Of a stretch of 64,000 bases of DNA, positions 1-13,188 are shown one piece after another. The position numbers and the translations under genes were made by a program. The notes under the pieces were generated by a model. It was given only the letters and a program-made list of their open reading frames with translations, ran no database searches and was not told the origin of the DNA. Source of the DNA: Podarcis tiliguerta. Lineage: Eukaryota. Numbering within the stretch: position 1 is the first letter of the stretch; each line of letters opens with the position of its first letter. The stretch is from NCBI GenBank assembly GCA_965153285.1, contig OZ229116.1; one strand, 5' to 3'.

Positions 1-3000
1 AAAGTTACTTATACAACAATAACACAAGAGAAACAAGTTCAACACTCGCTTGCATATCTTTTGAAATGAAACTGCAAACTTTTCTTCTTCAGTGACCTAC
101 AAATTAATATCAACTGTTTTTTCTTTGCAATTAAAATATTTATCAGTGCTGTGTCTTCATCTTATTAGAGACAGCAACAATGATTTCAAAACAGTCCCAC
201 AACTCTGTCCTGACAGCAGTCCTATCTTGAGCAGCTCTAATATGGAAATCCAGGTATAAATTCAGGTAATGAAAGCAGTCAAACTGCTCATAAAATGTCA
301 CATTATTATGTATTGTCAATCAGTCAAAAGGCTATCCTTATGACAGTAATTTTGGCCTGATACATGCCCCCAAACAAAGACAAACCCCAAAACTAAATTT
401 CATATTGTTTTGACAGCTTTAGCAGTAAAATAGGCCAATTCTTTTCTATAATGCTCTCTAGGAGGCAGCAGCTGCCTCAGTATTTGACAATAAATAAAAT
501 GTTTATAGAACAACAAGGAAAGGAGACAATATATTCTACTGTGCTTGAGGGGGCGATTAGCAAATAAACGATTTTTAAAAATCAGATATGGTGGATCCGC
601 TGCACAAGTACACACAGAACCTAATCTGAGCTAGAGCTCATTCTCACGACCGATGAGCTCTGGAACATGCGCCTGTCACTGGTTCTGTCTCCATCTACTT
701 CTCCTTGCCTTCTACCTTACCAGTCCCAAAGTGCACCAGCCACCATAGAAACTAGTGGTGAAGAATACTTCTGATCCAAGTATCTTCAGTTAAAAAAATA
801 TATACGGAAGTGAATTTGCAATACCATTAAACCTGAGAAAAAGAGGAGGAGGAGGGGAAGAAGAAGAAGATAAAGCCCTTTCCTTCATATCCCGGAGAGA
901 TAGTCTCAGGGTTGCAGGCTGACCACCAAGATGTAGACTTGATTTGGTTCTGTTATAATGCAACTCTTTAAAGTAGAAAAGGAAAGCCAGACAGCAGTTT
1001 GACATTGTAATCCTATGAGTGTGTCTATCTTCAGCAGTTACATATATCTAATAAGTAGAGCAGGTAAAGTAGAATGACAAATATATAATCTTCTCCACTG
1101 TATGTTGTTTATAATTTAACTTAATTAGCTGGACTATATCTATCCCTTCATACTCTTCCCCCCAAGCATTCATTAACAAGTATTTCCAACTGTGCAAGAT
1201 ATTACCATCTTTTTCAAGGTGCAGATGGTGTTAAAATGCAATCTAAAAATATGATTGAAATTGCAAAACTGAGCACCCCAAGTTCATTTAAAAAGGGGGG
1301 CAAACAAGGAAGCTTATTTGGGGTTAATTAGTTTGTATTTTATCCAGCCCTCAATTAAAATAAAGACTCCTGTTCTCTGCTGTAATTCTGAAAGAATACT
1401 TAGCTTTAACAGACCTTCCTGAATAACCCCATGAGAAGCAGGAATTAGTTAAACATTACCATTCCTGTCAACATGTTCTTTTGCCTAAAGATCACAGTTG
1501 CCTTTCTGATTGCACTTAGATTTTTCAATGTATGAAAGAAGTCCATACTTCCAAAAATTACTTAGAATGGGGTTTCACAAAGGCGGCACATGATGAGAAC
1601 AAGCTGAAGGAAATTACAATGGGATTGGCAGGCCTACCCATCTGACTGAGAACACAGGAATGAGAAACGCAGTGACAATAGAGCAACAGAAGATAGCAGA
1701 CACGAACACATTACAGCAGGATGTTGCCCTCCTGATATATTGGAACCACAGTACCTAGGACAACACTGAATCTCTACAAACCAAGTCCAAATAGGAACAG
1801 GGGAACTGCTATGGAACAGTGCAGCAGGCAGTGTCCACACAGAAGAACACTGTGCAAACTCAACTTTTCTATGCGTGACACGTGTTTGCAAAGTATTGTT
1901 TCTTGCATTTCTGGTTTAACACTAAAGCACTGAACCTACTACTAATGTTTGCTGTTGTTTTTTTGTTTTTTTTGTGTTCACTTATCACCAGAGATGTGCT
2001 AGGAAGTAAAAAGGAAAACTAGTAGCTTTAGGGCATTCAATTGGGGAATCGTTTCAGCCAACAAGAAAGCACTACTTTTGAAGACAAAGGAGAAGAAACA
2101 TTCAGTTTGTCTTTATTACAGCTGTAGTTCTCCTATTATAAGTGCAACGAGATCATCGGGTAAAATTCTCATCTTTTAAAAACCTTAAACTCCTAGAAGG
2201 CCCAAAAATGAGGCCTAAATATAAAAAGGAAATTGATATGAGGAATTAGGCCTGATTCAGAAACCAGTGTAGTATAAGCTGCTATAGAGTAAGATGAAAA
2301 AGAGCTGTCAGAAACATGTAAGGCAGGAGCAGGGGGAGTCCAGACTGGCTACTTGCACATCCACAAAAAGAAAGGGGAAAAAGAGGAGAATTTTTTTAAT
2401 AAATTTGTATATGTATAGCCGTAAATTTACTATACATTTCACAGTAGTGGGAAAGAAAGCGATCAGGTGTCCCAGTTGTTATATAACTAATCTCAATATT
2501 ATATGTGCATTTGAACTTCCTTCTATTTTTCAAAGACCAGTTAAGTTTTATTCATTTCATAACCTAATAACATCTATTAGTGTGCAATGTTAACATTAAG
2601 AAGCACATTAACTACATAGCAATAGAATTATAATAAAGATAAAACCTGTTATTAAAAAAAAACCTACTGCAATACCATACTTGCACACAGAAATCTGCTG
2701 CTGGGTTATAAGTGCTCCACTCAAGTCCCTCGATTGGAATTTGGAAATTATTCAGATTACTGCAGAGGGTAAATCCAACCATCTTGCACTTCCCATTGAA
2801 ATACATGGGGGCTATGAAGGAGCATGCTTAGTAGACGTTAGTTCAAGTAATGTATACTCAAGGTCAAATTATGTAAACCCCAAGTGTTCTCTGTGTCACG
2901 TATTATTCTGTAAAACAAACACTGTGCAGCAGCAGGGTTTGAGAGTGAAAAGGCAAATTCATTTTAATGAGCTGAGGTTGAAGGTTTGTGTTTTACCATT

Positions 3001-3514
3001 AAAATATTCCTTTGATCTTTGCCATGAAGAACAAACAATTCCTGTGCTTTCATCCGTAAAGAACTGACTTGACTTCTACCGAGCTGAGGTTGTGATCTTT
3101 CATTTCAAAAGAGAAATGTGACTGCACTGTCACACAGTCACAGAACATAACAGCACTGCATCAGAAGACTCAGGACAGTTATGGCTCTAGAGGAGCTCTG
3201 AAAAATAAACCAGCTATTCACGAAGTTCTGCAGGCCCAGGTACCATGCAGTGTGCGCAGAGATGCCACAAAACCATTCCTGAAGCCTCAGGCAGACTCCA
3301 AGAGGTCTCCTCTCTCGCACCTCATGAGGTGCTTACAGGATTAAGATGCATCCCGGTGTTTTTTCTGCACTGAAATATGGATTCTGAACAAAAAGTCTAA
3401 GGAATTATGTGAGCCAGCTTTTGAGCACTTGCCGCTGAAGCTCTTTCACAGTCTAAAGAGGATCGGAAGTGAGATAAACATATTCCCTCCATGTAGAAAA
3501 AAGAAGTGTGGAGA

Positions 3515-3755
3515 ATACTGTAGCTGGGGGACTTCAACATCCATGGCAAGATGATTGGCTTTGGGATGACTTAGGACTTCATGGCTACCATGACGACCAC
3601 AAGGTTGTCCCAACATGTCACCAGCCCAACACATGTGGCAGTCCACACTCTGGACTTTGCTTTCTTAACTGGACATGAGAGGGTGATCTGAAAGTGGGGG
3701 ATATTGACATCAGTTCCTTGTCTTGGTCAGATCACTTCCTGTTGAGATTTAGATT
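3515..3755 (+). mobile_element. Degenerate L2/CR1-clade LINE endonuclease fragment
   Basis: Remnants of APE endonuclease motifs GDFNIH (ggggacttcaacatccat), HTLD (cacactctggac) and WSDHFL (tggtcagatcacttcctg) in the expected order. Confidence 0.7.
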
Positions 3756-3852
3756 CATGCCTTGCACTCTGTCCTCTATGTCACTGGCTCACTCAACAAC
3801 TTACATAAATTTTTCTCTGCCTCCATCAAATATAATTTATGAATGGTATGCT

Positions 3853-3935
3853 AATAATAATAATAATAATAATAATAATTTATATCCCGCCCTCCCCAGC
3901 CGAAGCCGGGCTCAGGGTGGCTAACAACAATCAAA
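3853..3935 (-). mobile_element. Short LINE 3' end (L2-like) with (ATT)n tail
   Basis: 3878-3931 is the reverse complement of 53320-53373 at 53/54 nt; (AAT)n tract at 3853-3879. Confidence 0.75.
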
Positions 3936-4350
3936 TAATCAAACAATCAAATAATCCAACATTCTAATTCAACATTTGCAAACAAAGCCAACATATCTGA
4001 TAATATCTCTGCAAGCCCCAAAATGATAAGACACCATAGAATAGGAATTTTATTTCTTTCATTGTTTATCCTCTCTTCTTTTATTCCATCCAAAAAACTC
4101 CCACTGGAGAAACTCACAGGTTATGAGAAAGAAAAACAAGTTAATAACGAGGGTTTTATTTTCTATACTTAATTCACCTTGAGGCAGTTAATAAGACCAG
4201 AATCAGTTCCCAATAGAGAAATCATTGTTAATTCATAAGGATATATTAACTATTATTATAGACAACACAGCATCTTTAGCAGTAACAATGTCCAACACTG
4301 AAATCTGACTTATGTTGCTGTACAGTAATAAAGAATGGCAACATTATAAA

Positions 4351-4597
4351 GAAGAGAAGAAGAAGAGTTTGGATTTGATACCCCACTTTATCACTACCCA
4401 AAGGAGTCTCAAAGCAGCTAACATTCTCCTTTCCCTTCCTCCCCCACAACAAACACTCTGTGAGGTGAGTGAGGCTGAGAGACTTCAAAGAAGTGTGACT
4501 AGCCCAAAGTCACCCAGCAGCTGCATGTGGAGGAGCGGAGACGCGAACCCGGTTTACCAGATTACGAGACTACCGCTCTTAACCACTACATCACAGC
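4351..4597 (-). mobile_element. tRNA-derived SINE (Squam3-like)
   Basis: Minus strand shows A box TGATGTAGTGG, B-box-like GGGTTCGCGTC, a CORE-like body (gctgggtgactttgggctagtcac) and a (TTC)n tail. Family name from recognition. Confidence 0.8.
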
Positions 4598-6449
4598 TGC
4601 TTCACTGTATCTTCTAGATGGTTTTGTTTTATACCTGTTTGTATGCAAACTTTATATAATGTGTACCTCTGCATTATTAACATATTGTTTTTAAATAATT
4701 GAACTTTCATTCTAATTATTTTCTGCATATTTCTTATTTAAAATAAAATACCTTGCATCTTATGTGAGGGTTAGGTTCTGGGGGTAGACATATATATATA
4801 TCTACAGAACCAGCCCCCTGCAAGGTGGAGGGCTGCATGCCCAGCTTTGGGAAGGCGGAACAAGGGCTACGGAAGGGTCCTAGAGTCCTCCCTCCTCCTC
4901 CCCAATGCCTGATAAATACTTGCCTGGCTTTGAGAAGGAGGCCCAAGGACTCTAGGACCCTGCCATGATGGGGTGTGGATGCTGCCAGAGTCCTTGCACC
5001 ACCTTTCCAAAGCCAGGTAAGTCAGCAAATGCAACTTTGTGCAGATGTGGGCACACCCTTCTAACCACTTTCCACTCTCAGAATTTGCCGCCTCACTCTG
5101 CCTCATGGTAGGGCCTGGCCCTGAGCAGGGTGATATAAAGAGTGTGGTACTGAGTATCAACTTTAGCATATTATCTTGCATTTAAAATTCAAGACCACAA
5201 TTTTCTTTCTTATTCATAATTCTTAGGAGGTACCAGCTTTCCTGAACTATTTGGTAAGGAAGAAAAAGGCCTTCAGAACCATAGCAGTTGTAATTATTTA
5301 ATGGTAGGGGTGGGTGGATCGGTCTATGTCAGTTTCGCATGTGTTCAAGCATAGGTTCCTTCCGTTTCCTCTTCCTCATTTTTTAAATGCACACAAATGC
5401 AGTATTTTTCACTAAAATGCACAATTTTATATATTTTCAGCTAACATTTACACATATTTCCTCCCAAAATACACGTTTTGTTCTATTTTTTATAGAATAA
5501 TCCAAATAAAAAACCCTGTATTTTAATCTATGTATTAGTCCAACGAATATGAATGAGGTCTGTTTGCTTAGAAAAGTAAACTGAACGAAATTCATTACCA
5601 AACTATTAACTCATTCCATCTTGATCAGATTGAAGCAGTATCAAATTGCAACTGCTGGGTGCCATTTGGTAGGGAGTCTTGCATGTAAAAAATGTCTCAA
5701 CATGCCTGTGATCTATCACAGTATCTTGCAGGATTATACCCCCCCCCCTTTCCCACAGAATTAAGGAATCCAGCACATCTTAGAACCAATAAATCAAGGC
5801 TCCAGATATGTTAAAATTAAGGCCATTAAGTCATCATGGGAGAGAGTGTGGAGAATAGCCAACCTGGGTTTGTTTGTTTTCGTTCTGTCAGCAACTGGTT
5901 TTTCCAATTTCTCGATAGCTTCCTAGGGCAGCATTTATTTTGTCCCAAACTACACGACTTAATTATAATGAAGACTATGCCAAATGTCTTCAAGTAAACC
6001 TGATAAATATTTACCCTAAAATAAACCCTGTCAGGACTAGTTTGACTAAGATTAGACCTGGTGATTTTTGTTTTAGCTGGCAGGAAGATGTGTAGATTGC
6101 ACCTTCTACTCTCTTTTGTTATATGTTATGTTCCAAAGATTTTGAAGCAAGAGAGAAGACAGGCTGGAAAGGCAGAGAAATTTGTATTGGATCTTACTGG
6201 TTGCTCAGCTTAAAAACAGTTTCAGATGTTTTTTTGGATGTTTGGGGAGAAAATCTCGCCAAAGCACTACATCATTTGCATTACCTCCCCAAGTAGCTCA
6301 GTTGAAATGATGCAGCTGCCATCCCCCAAAACTCTGTCTTCCACATTTACTGTATTTTATTTACAGTTTGACTGTGCTTCATCCCACCAATGGAGTTGTG
6401 TCAGAGCCAAGGTACTACTGAGTGCTATTTACACTCTAATTCTATTCTA

Positions 6450-6549
6450 AAAAATAGAATTTGTACGTACCTTCCAAAAAAAAGTACCTTAACACACCTA
6501 GTTGTGTTAAGGTACTTTTTTTGGGAAGGTACGTACAAATTCTATTTTT
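6450..6549. repeat. Near-perfect 100-bp palindrome
   Basis: Arms 6450-6499 and 6500-6549 pair at 48/50 positions (mismatches 6476/6523 and 6497/6502), centred on CT|AG. Confidence 0.95.
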
Positions 6550-9500
6550 CTGCCTTTGAAGTTTAGCATTTAAGCTTCTACAAATGTCTTTGGAACTGGA
6601 AAAGAAAGATGCCTTCATGAACATAGACAGGTAAAACTCCCAGGTGACTTGTTGCCCAGGATCCAAAAAGTGCAATGCTCTGATACACAGGAATTTAATG
6701 TTTATTCCTAGCTTTGTCAGAGTGCTTACAATTTGGGGTTTCCCCCACCTTAGCTAAAGTACTAGTAAAGCCAGACACCTGAAACTTAAAGAGCATAATT
6801 ATTTTGATAATTCTTATCTTTATGCACACCAGTTTATATAATTTTTTAATTGAGACATCTCATAAATGTTGTGGAATACAGTACTGTGGCTTTCACTTAC
6901 TGGAATCTATGCCTGAGGTAATAAAGCAAGCAGGTTTACATAAAAGCTAAACTTCGTGTTATGTATTAGATCACCAGCAGCATCAAGCTATATTGCACTG
7001 TAGAAGGTTGAAAGCATTTAATATACTTCCAGATTTATGCTGTCTACAGCAAACAAGGGGTTGGAGTCAAATGTTCTGCTCCAAGTCATGGAATGATCCT
7101 TTTTGTGAACAGAAACTCCTTCTGTGAGTGGAATGGAGCTCTGTATCAAATCCATAGTGTTCTGTGGGTGGCCTGCACACTGACAAAGTCAGACAACCAC
7201 AAGCCAGATGTCAACCATGGTGATCACTGCTAATCCCAATACACAAGCAGGACTACTACTGGGCAGGGGAGTGTGAAATGGAAGGACAGCAACCAATATA
7301 TTGTCCTCATGTGCCAACTACCACCTTTCAGAAGAATCCATTCTCTATCACTCTGACTCTGATCGCTAGCTGGAAAACTGGAAAAGCACTATCCTAGACA
7401 CAAGTCTGGTGTAAGAATCAATCAAATCACAATGAATAAAGCACAGTGCAAAGCACAATATGTTACTTAAAAACAAGAATGAAGGATTAAAGAGACCAAG
7501 GAATGTCTATGCAATACTATATTTCTAAATAGCAGAAGCTATTTGCTCCAGAGACACCGTTCTGCAGTTTTTTAAAGCTTACTATGACTTCTTTGGGGTT
7601 AACTGATATGTGGGGCAGGGTTAGGTTGCTAGTCTTTTAAGGCAAGATTCACCTAACGAGCCCCATCAACAGAAGCCCTGAAGAAGGACTTCTGCTTGTG
7701 CGATGGGGCTGCTTCACTTGCCATTCCCCAGAGCCCCCAAAACTGACTTGGGGGTGGTATCAGGAGAACCCACAAAGCAGCATACAGGGGGAGGAGAGGA
7801 GGGATTGTTCCAGCTGGCAAGTTAAAATGCTTGCACAGACAGAATCTTCCATAGCATGACACTGAATTACAACCTGAGTCTCTCTTTTTTAATAGCCTGT
7901 GCTGTCATAGCTAGATGTTTCATCAGCACAATGGCAGCATTAAAAAAAAATCTGACACTCTGCTGGTGTAACTTGCTCCTTCAATCAAACTTGATCATAT
8001 GTTGACACAGTAATTTTAAGGAATGAACTAAAATCTAGTAAAATATCTGGTTTTAAATAGGAGGCTTTAATGATAAAGTAACAGTAGCCAACATATTCAT
8101 AAACTGAATGTGAAAATTAAATTCATGTATTTGATGATACTAATATCTAAGAACAAATAGTACATATTTGAAACAGAGCTGATGAATCTTTTTAAAGAGA
8201 TTTAAAATCATATTCACAAATTTTTTTATAAAAAAGCCACAATTTTGTGGTTTTACAAAAAACGCAAAGCAAATAATTTTGAACTCCAAAGGCCATTTTT
8301 AAGTGGCCTAAAATGTAATTTGAAACCTAATATTAATTATACACCCAGTCATTTTGATGTGCTCAGATTCATTTATAATCTCCTGTGCTAGAAATGAAAG
8401 AAAACTGACAGCACAATCCTACACATATCTACTCAGATGCAAAGTCCACATCTGGGACTTTCCCCCATATAAGTGTGTAGAGGATTTCAGCCTGAATGAA
8501 ACATAATTGAGTTGCTGAACTACTGTGAAATATACACACATGAATGGATCACTCTCTATGTAGGCTGCATAAGTAATTTCATATGTAACCAATTTTTATC
8601 TATCAATATAAATGTTTTTAATGTTATATACTGAAATTAACACTCTTAGACATTGACACGCACAGACATTAAACAGTAATGCATATATTTTCTTGGTTTT
8701 CTTTCTCTGGGTTATGATTAATGCAGCCTATCAGAAGCCAGATGGTGCAAAACCAAAACCATCAATCAAAGTGAAAAGACCACTGAGTACTATTCCACAA
8801 TGATGTGCTTGCAAATGGAAATTTTGTTCATAGACCCTTGGCTATGATATGCATAGAAAACCATAAACAGGCTTACACTGTCACCAAAGAACTAGCGGAG
8901 ATGGCCTGTGCTTTGTTAGCTAAAAGCTGGAAAGGCTATGGTTGTTGCTATGAAGGGGTAAGCTTGCAGAAGCCTAAATGCTACTTAGCTTAAAACAAAG
9001 TTAAAAGTGAGTTTCAAAATTATTTTAATAATCTTTGCATTGATGACAGTATCTATCAAACTGTCCATTTGCCACTGATTTAATATTGGATAATGCCACA
9101 CATTAAGAAGCAGCTGCCACTGTCTGCCTGACATATGAATTGGCATTTAATGACTTGTCCCGCACAAGCTTTTTAAATACAGTAACCTCAAGTGTCTTCG
9201 TTTTACAATGCATCCCCCCCCTAAAGTTCCAAAAGAAAAACAAATACTCATTCCTTATATATTCAGCTATGATGCCTGGTTCTTGATTCATTTCTCTTAG
9301 TAAATTTTGCACACACATAATTTAACATACATGAGAGCTACCACTGAATCTCACAAACAGTATTTTCTCTCTCTCCACACAGTGTTTGTGTGTGAAGATG
9401 CAAAATAAATCCAATGCCCCTCTGTGATCTCATACTCACACATGACAACACTTTTATAAATATCTGTATTGCTATTCACGACATCATCTCTACATTCAAT

Positions 9501-11059
9501 ATATTCCATACTTTTCAACCCAACTATTTCGCAAGGTATTAATGTCCTGTTGTAATATTTTTTTTTTACCTGGTGATGCTGAACAAGTAGCAGTGAATTC
9601 AACAAGCTGCCTACAGTGGAATAATTCTACTAAAGTAAATAGAACATATTTAGGTTATATTGTTGGTAAAATTAATTTCACATAGGCTTACACTGCTTTG
9701 AGGACTCATAGCTTATATAAAGTTATATAAGCTATTGTGGTCTCTGGGTAGTCCCACATATAGGTGACTCATAAGCTACATACTTGGTGGTTTGCAGATT
9801 GCTTCAGGAGAAAAGCTTTTGAAGAACAGAAAGGCTGTAGCGCATCGTCCAGAGCCTACTGTCACAAAGACAGGACTGGATCAAGTGACAGCTTTGCAGT
9901 GGAAAACTGCTTATTTTCTCCTGAATTATATTATAATGCCGTGGTTTTAATTGCTTATACTGAAAACCAGGAAATAAATATTATAAATACATGCAGAATT
10001 CTGGAAAAGGGCAAAAGTCGGAACGATTCTTAACGTCAGCAGGGAGTGGGCTACCAAATTTATACTACTCTGCAATTACAGACACCAGCCATGTAGAAGG
10101 ATCTGTGATGGAGAGCTTGCTGTTCTCAAGAGGAGGGGAACAGGAGCACCATTTCCCTTCGAAAAGCTCTTCTTTCTCAGTTTTGTGCAGACACCAAATC
10201 CATTTGTGGGACATCACAGAAACATAGGAAAAGCATTTTGCAAATGTTAAGCACAACTGAGGAAAAATGTACTAGATTGCTCATAGATGGGCATCTCTTT
10301 TACTGCCCGAAATGAGGGGGCAGGGAGGAAGAGAGGCCCAACGCTATATTTCACCCCAGAATTAGTAAACATCCCTCTGTTAAGAAAACCTCTTCCCCCT
10401 TTAAAAATAAAGTATCAAATAAGAAAGTTTCTACAGTTTGTTCCAAGTTTCTTTGTTTGTTCATATAACTTTTGTTAGATGACTAAACAATTAGCCAAAA
10501 TACACATTGAGGTGAAAAAACTCAAGCCCAAACAATTATGGTTATTTCTAAGCTATTTAGTTGAAAGTAGTTTGTGTATTCAATATATCTGGCAATGCTG
10601 CAATCTTGCAAGTACCTAAGATGACTCTTTGATTTGATAAACTATTCCTGAACAACAGCATGATGCATATACAGGTGAAGGACCAAAACCCTACATTCTT
10701 CTATTAATCTATTATCTTTATCAATACATTCTGCCCAATCTACTTTTCTAAAATAGACACTCAGAAGCAAGATAACACCTCATCAGCTATTTTATATTCC
10801 AGGAGTTCAAGGGACAAGACTGAGAGCCTTCTAAGTTCCAGGGGTTGCCCTTGGGATAGACACATCTGTAAAGAGACAGAAGTGAAGAAGTGCCACACTT
10901 AAAAATGAAAATGAGAAAATATACTCCAATCAACTCTTGATCTTTTAATGTGTTATTGTTACGCTGCTCAGGATACAATAAGACATTTAGGAATTTTCTT
11001 TCTCTTAGGACAGCCAAAACAAGCAAAGTAAACAAGCAAACTTGGACTAGCAAACTTGC

Positions 11060-11383
11060 TCCACGCGCCAGGCTGCTACCCGCAGCATGGGGAGCCCTGC
11101 GGGAACTCCTGCAGGGCTCCCCACGCTGCGGATGTCTGCCCGGCGGGAGGGGCGCTCTGTTCAGGGCGCCCTGCCCGCCGGGCGGCAGGCTGGAGTTCCC
11201 GCAGGGCTCCCCAGGCTTGCTGATAGCTTCCTGAAGCCTGGAGAGCGAGAGGGGTCGGTGTGCACCGACCCCTCTCGCTCTCCAAGCTTCAGTGAAAGCC
11301 TGTATTCGCCCCATGGGACGCACACAGATTTGCCCTTCATTTTTGGAGGGGAAAAAGTGTGTCCTATAGGGCGAAAAATACGG
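11060..11383 (-). mobile_element. Truncated Tc1/mariner-type MITE with GC/CpG-rich nested palindromes
   Basis: Right end ...CCTATAGGGCGAAAAATACGG followed by TA (11384-11385). 11297-11383 is the reverse complement of 42573-42659 at 70/87 nt. No partner TIR seen; left border approximate. Confidence 0.8.
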
Positions 11384-11809
11384 TAATGATGCGTGTTCAC
11401 CTGGATTGTATTTTATAAAGATGCAATCTACCATCTGGGCAGTTTTTCTGTTTTCCTTCCAAAGTGCTGTCCGAATGATGCAATCCACAGAGGTTATCTC
11501 AACCCTAGTATATTATGTCTTAATGCCTTTAAGAAAATGTTTCCTTGCAACATATTAGGAGGCTGTAATAAATTTCTTATTTCAGTAAGAATGCCTTTGT
11601 GAACAGACTACTGTTCACTGCCTGATAAAAAGCATTGGCTCCTATAACATCTCTCATTCTCTTGATAGAAAACAAAAAAGCTCTTCTCACATGCAACACA
11701 TGAAAATGTCTTTTGAACTGGAACAGAAGATACCAAGAACAACTTGACATGGACTTCTAACAACATAAAGGGATAATCGTGGACTGCATCTGAAAGGAAT
11801 CATAATGCC

Positions 11810-12052
11810 GAAGGTGAGGTGGAAAGCGATGTGCTTGGGTACACAATTCTGTATAGTCTGGGTAATGTTCAGGGGTGTATGGGGTGTCAGGTAGCCTGTG
11901 GGTCTGAACAGATAAGACCAATAGTGGGCCCTGTGATCAGGAAGGAGGTTCTTCCATGTGCTGTAGAGGAAAGTGAGGGGCAGATGGGACTTATCAACCT
12001 GGGAAGGTAGCCCATGTAGAAGAAGGAAAACTCTTATCTTAAACCTCCACTG
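11810..12052 (+). mobile_element. Possible 5' fragment of an RTE/BovB-like LINE
   Basis: ggggcagatgggacttatcaacctgggaaggtagcccatgtagaagaaggaaaactc resembles a lizard repeat I recall. Family and borders uncertain. Confidence 0.3.
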
Positions 12053-12682
12053 AAGGATCCTTATTCATATTACATGCTAGAAAGACCAAGGAGAGAAATG
12101 AATATAATGCTCTCAAGCTAATGAAACAATGAAATACTATCTTAAACCCAATATTGGTTTTATAAACAGGGAAAATCTGATCAGAGCCTTTGTAGCTTAA
12201 ATGAAATATATCTTGTTTTAGATCCTCAGCCTCCCTACTTCTCCAATCAATCAGCTGAAGAAAATTCTCAGTTTAGAACTATTCCACATCATGCAGAAAT
12301 ACTTCAAAAATGCTGAAAGAAGTCTCATCAGTTTTAGTCAATTGTCAGCTATGACATCTGTTTCTCTACAGGGTTTTCAACAGGCTCCTGGAGCTTGAGT
12401 TAACCTCTGCCTTTTTTTGTTTGTTTTAAGACAACCACTGTGCCCCCAAAGAATGTCCTCTGAACTCTGAACAATAAAGATATACCGCAAGGATCACAAA
12501 AGCAAAATCACAAAACTATTCACAAAGCAAGGGACCAAAAAAAATAAAAGGAGAGGAAAATGTCTATCACCAATCAAGTGCTTTCAGATGTCACAAAAAA
12601 TAACAAAGAGGCTCCATGGTCAGTGAAGAGACAGCTTCCCACAGTCCTAATCCTGAGAAATTACTAAAAATAAGGGCCTATG

Positions 12683-12960
12683 CTTATTATTATTTGCTAA
12701 ATTTACGCCCCTCCTTTCCACCCAATGCTCAAAGTAGCTAACTATGCAAATGCAATGAAATATAATAAACACAATTTGATACAAAGTAAAAACACGGAAA
12801 GAAGATAGGTAAAACAGTAATACAACCACCAGTGAAAACCAACACCTAGCAGCCAAATGTCTGCTTAGAAATGTTTTTGTCTGCTAGCAGAAGGCTGTCA
12901 GCGATGGCAAGTAGGACCAAAGTCTGGGGGCCGCTATCAAGAAGGCGTTTGCTCCTAAGG
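12683..12960 (-). mobile_element. Degenerate L2 LINE 3' end
   Basis: Minus-strand translation AFLIAAPRLWSYLP matches the L2 ORF2 C-terminal motif AFSVAAPRLWNSLP, followed by a T-rich 3' UTR and a short (AAT) tail. Confidence 0.7.
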
Positions 12961-13166
12961 ATATATGATCTATGACAAACAGGTGCAGAAATTCCTTGGA
13001 CATTTCCCTTCCCCACTTTTGGTATGCACTGTTATCCACATGGATAACAATAATATTTCCCTGGGGTGTCTTTGGTAAGGATAACAGACTAGACAGAATT
13101 TGAAACACAGCCTCTGCCTTTCTATAGCCACTCCATTCCTCCAGCTTTCTCAATGGTTTTCTACTC

Positions 13167-13188
13167 CTCTCTCTCTCTCTCTCTCTCT
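13167..13188. repeat. (CT)11 microsatellite
   Basis: Read directly. Confidence 0.9.

Noticed and set aside
3694-3924. Shared peptide NNNNN..LYPALPSRSRAQGG with ORF 53327-53569, suggesting a duplicated gene
   Set aside because: Both are translations of the same LINE 3' tail.
7620-7880. Probable old interspersed repeat, with similar-looking patches near 35690-35870 and 60240-60370
   Set aside because: Similarity too degenerate to define borders or family without an alignment.
10787-11488. Longest ORF (233 aa) and the overlapping ORFs on both strands
   Set aside because: They run through the GC-rich palindromic MITE, which is poor in stop codons; no recognisable protein family.
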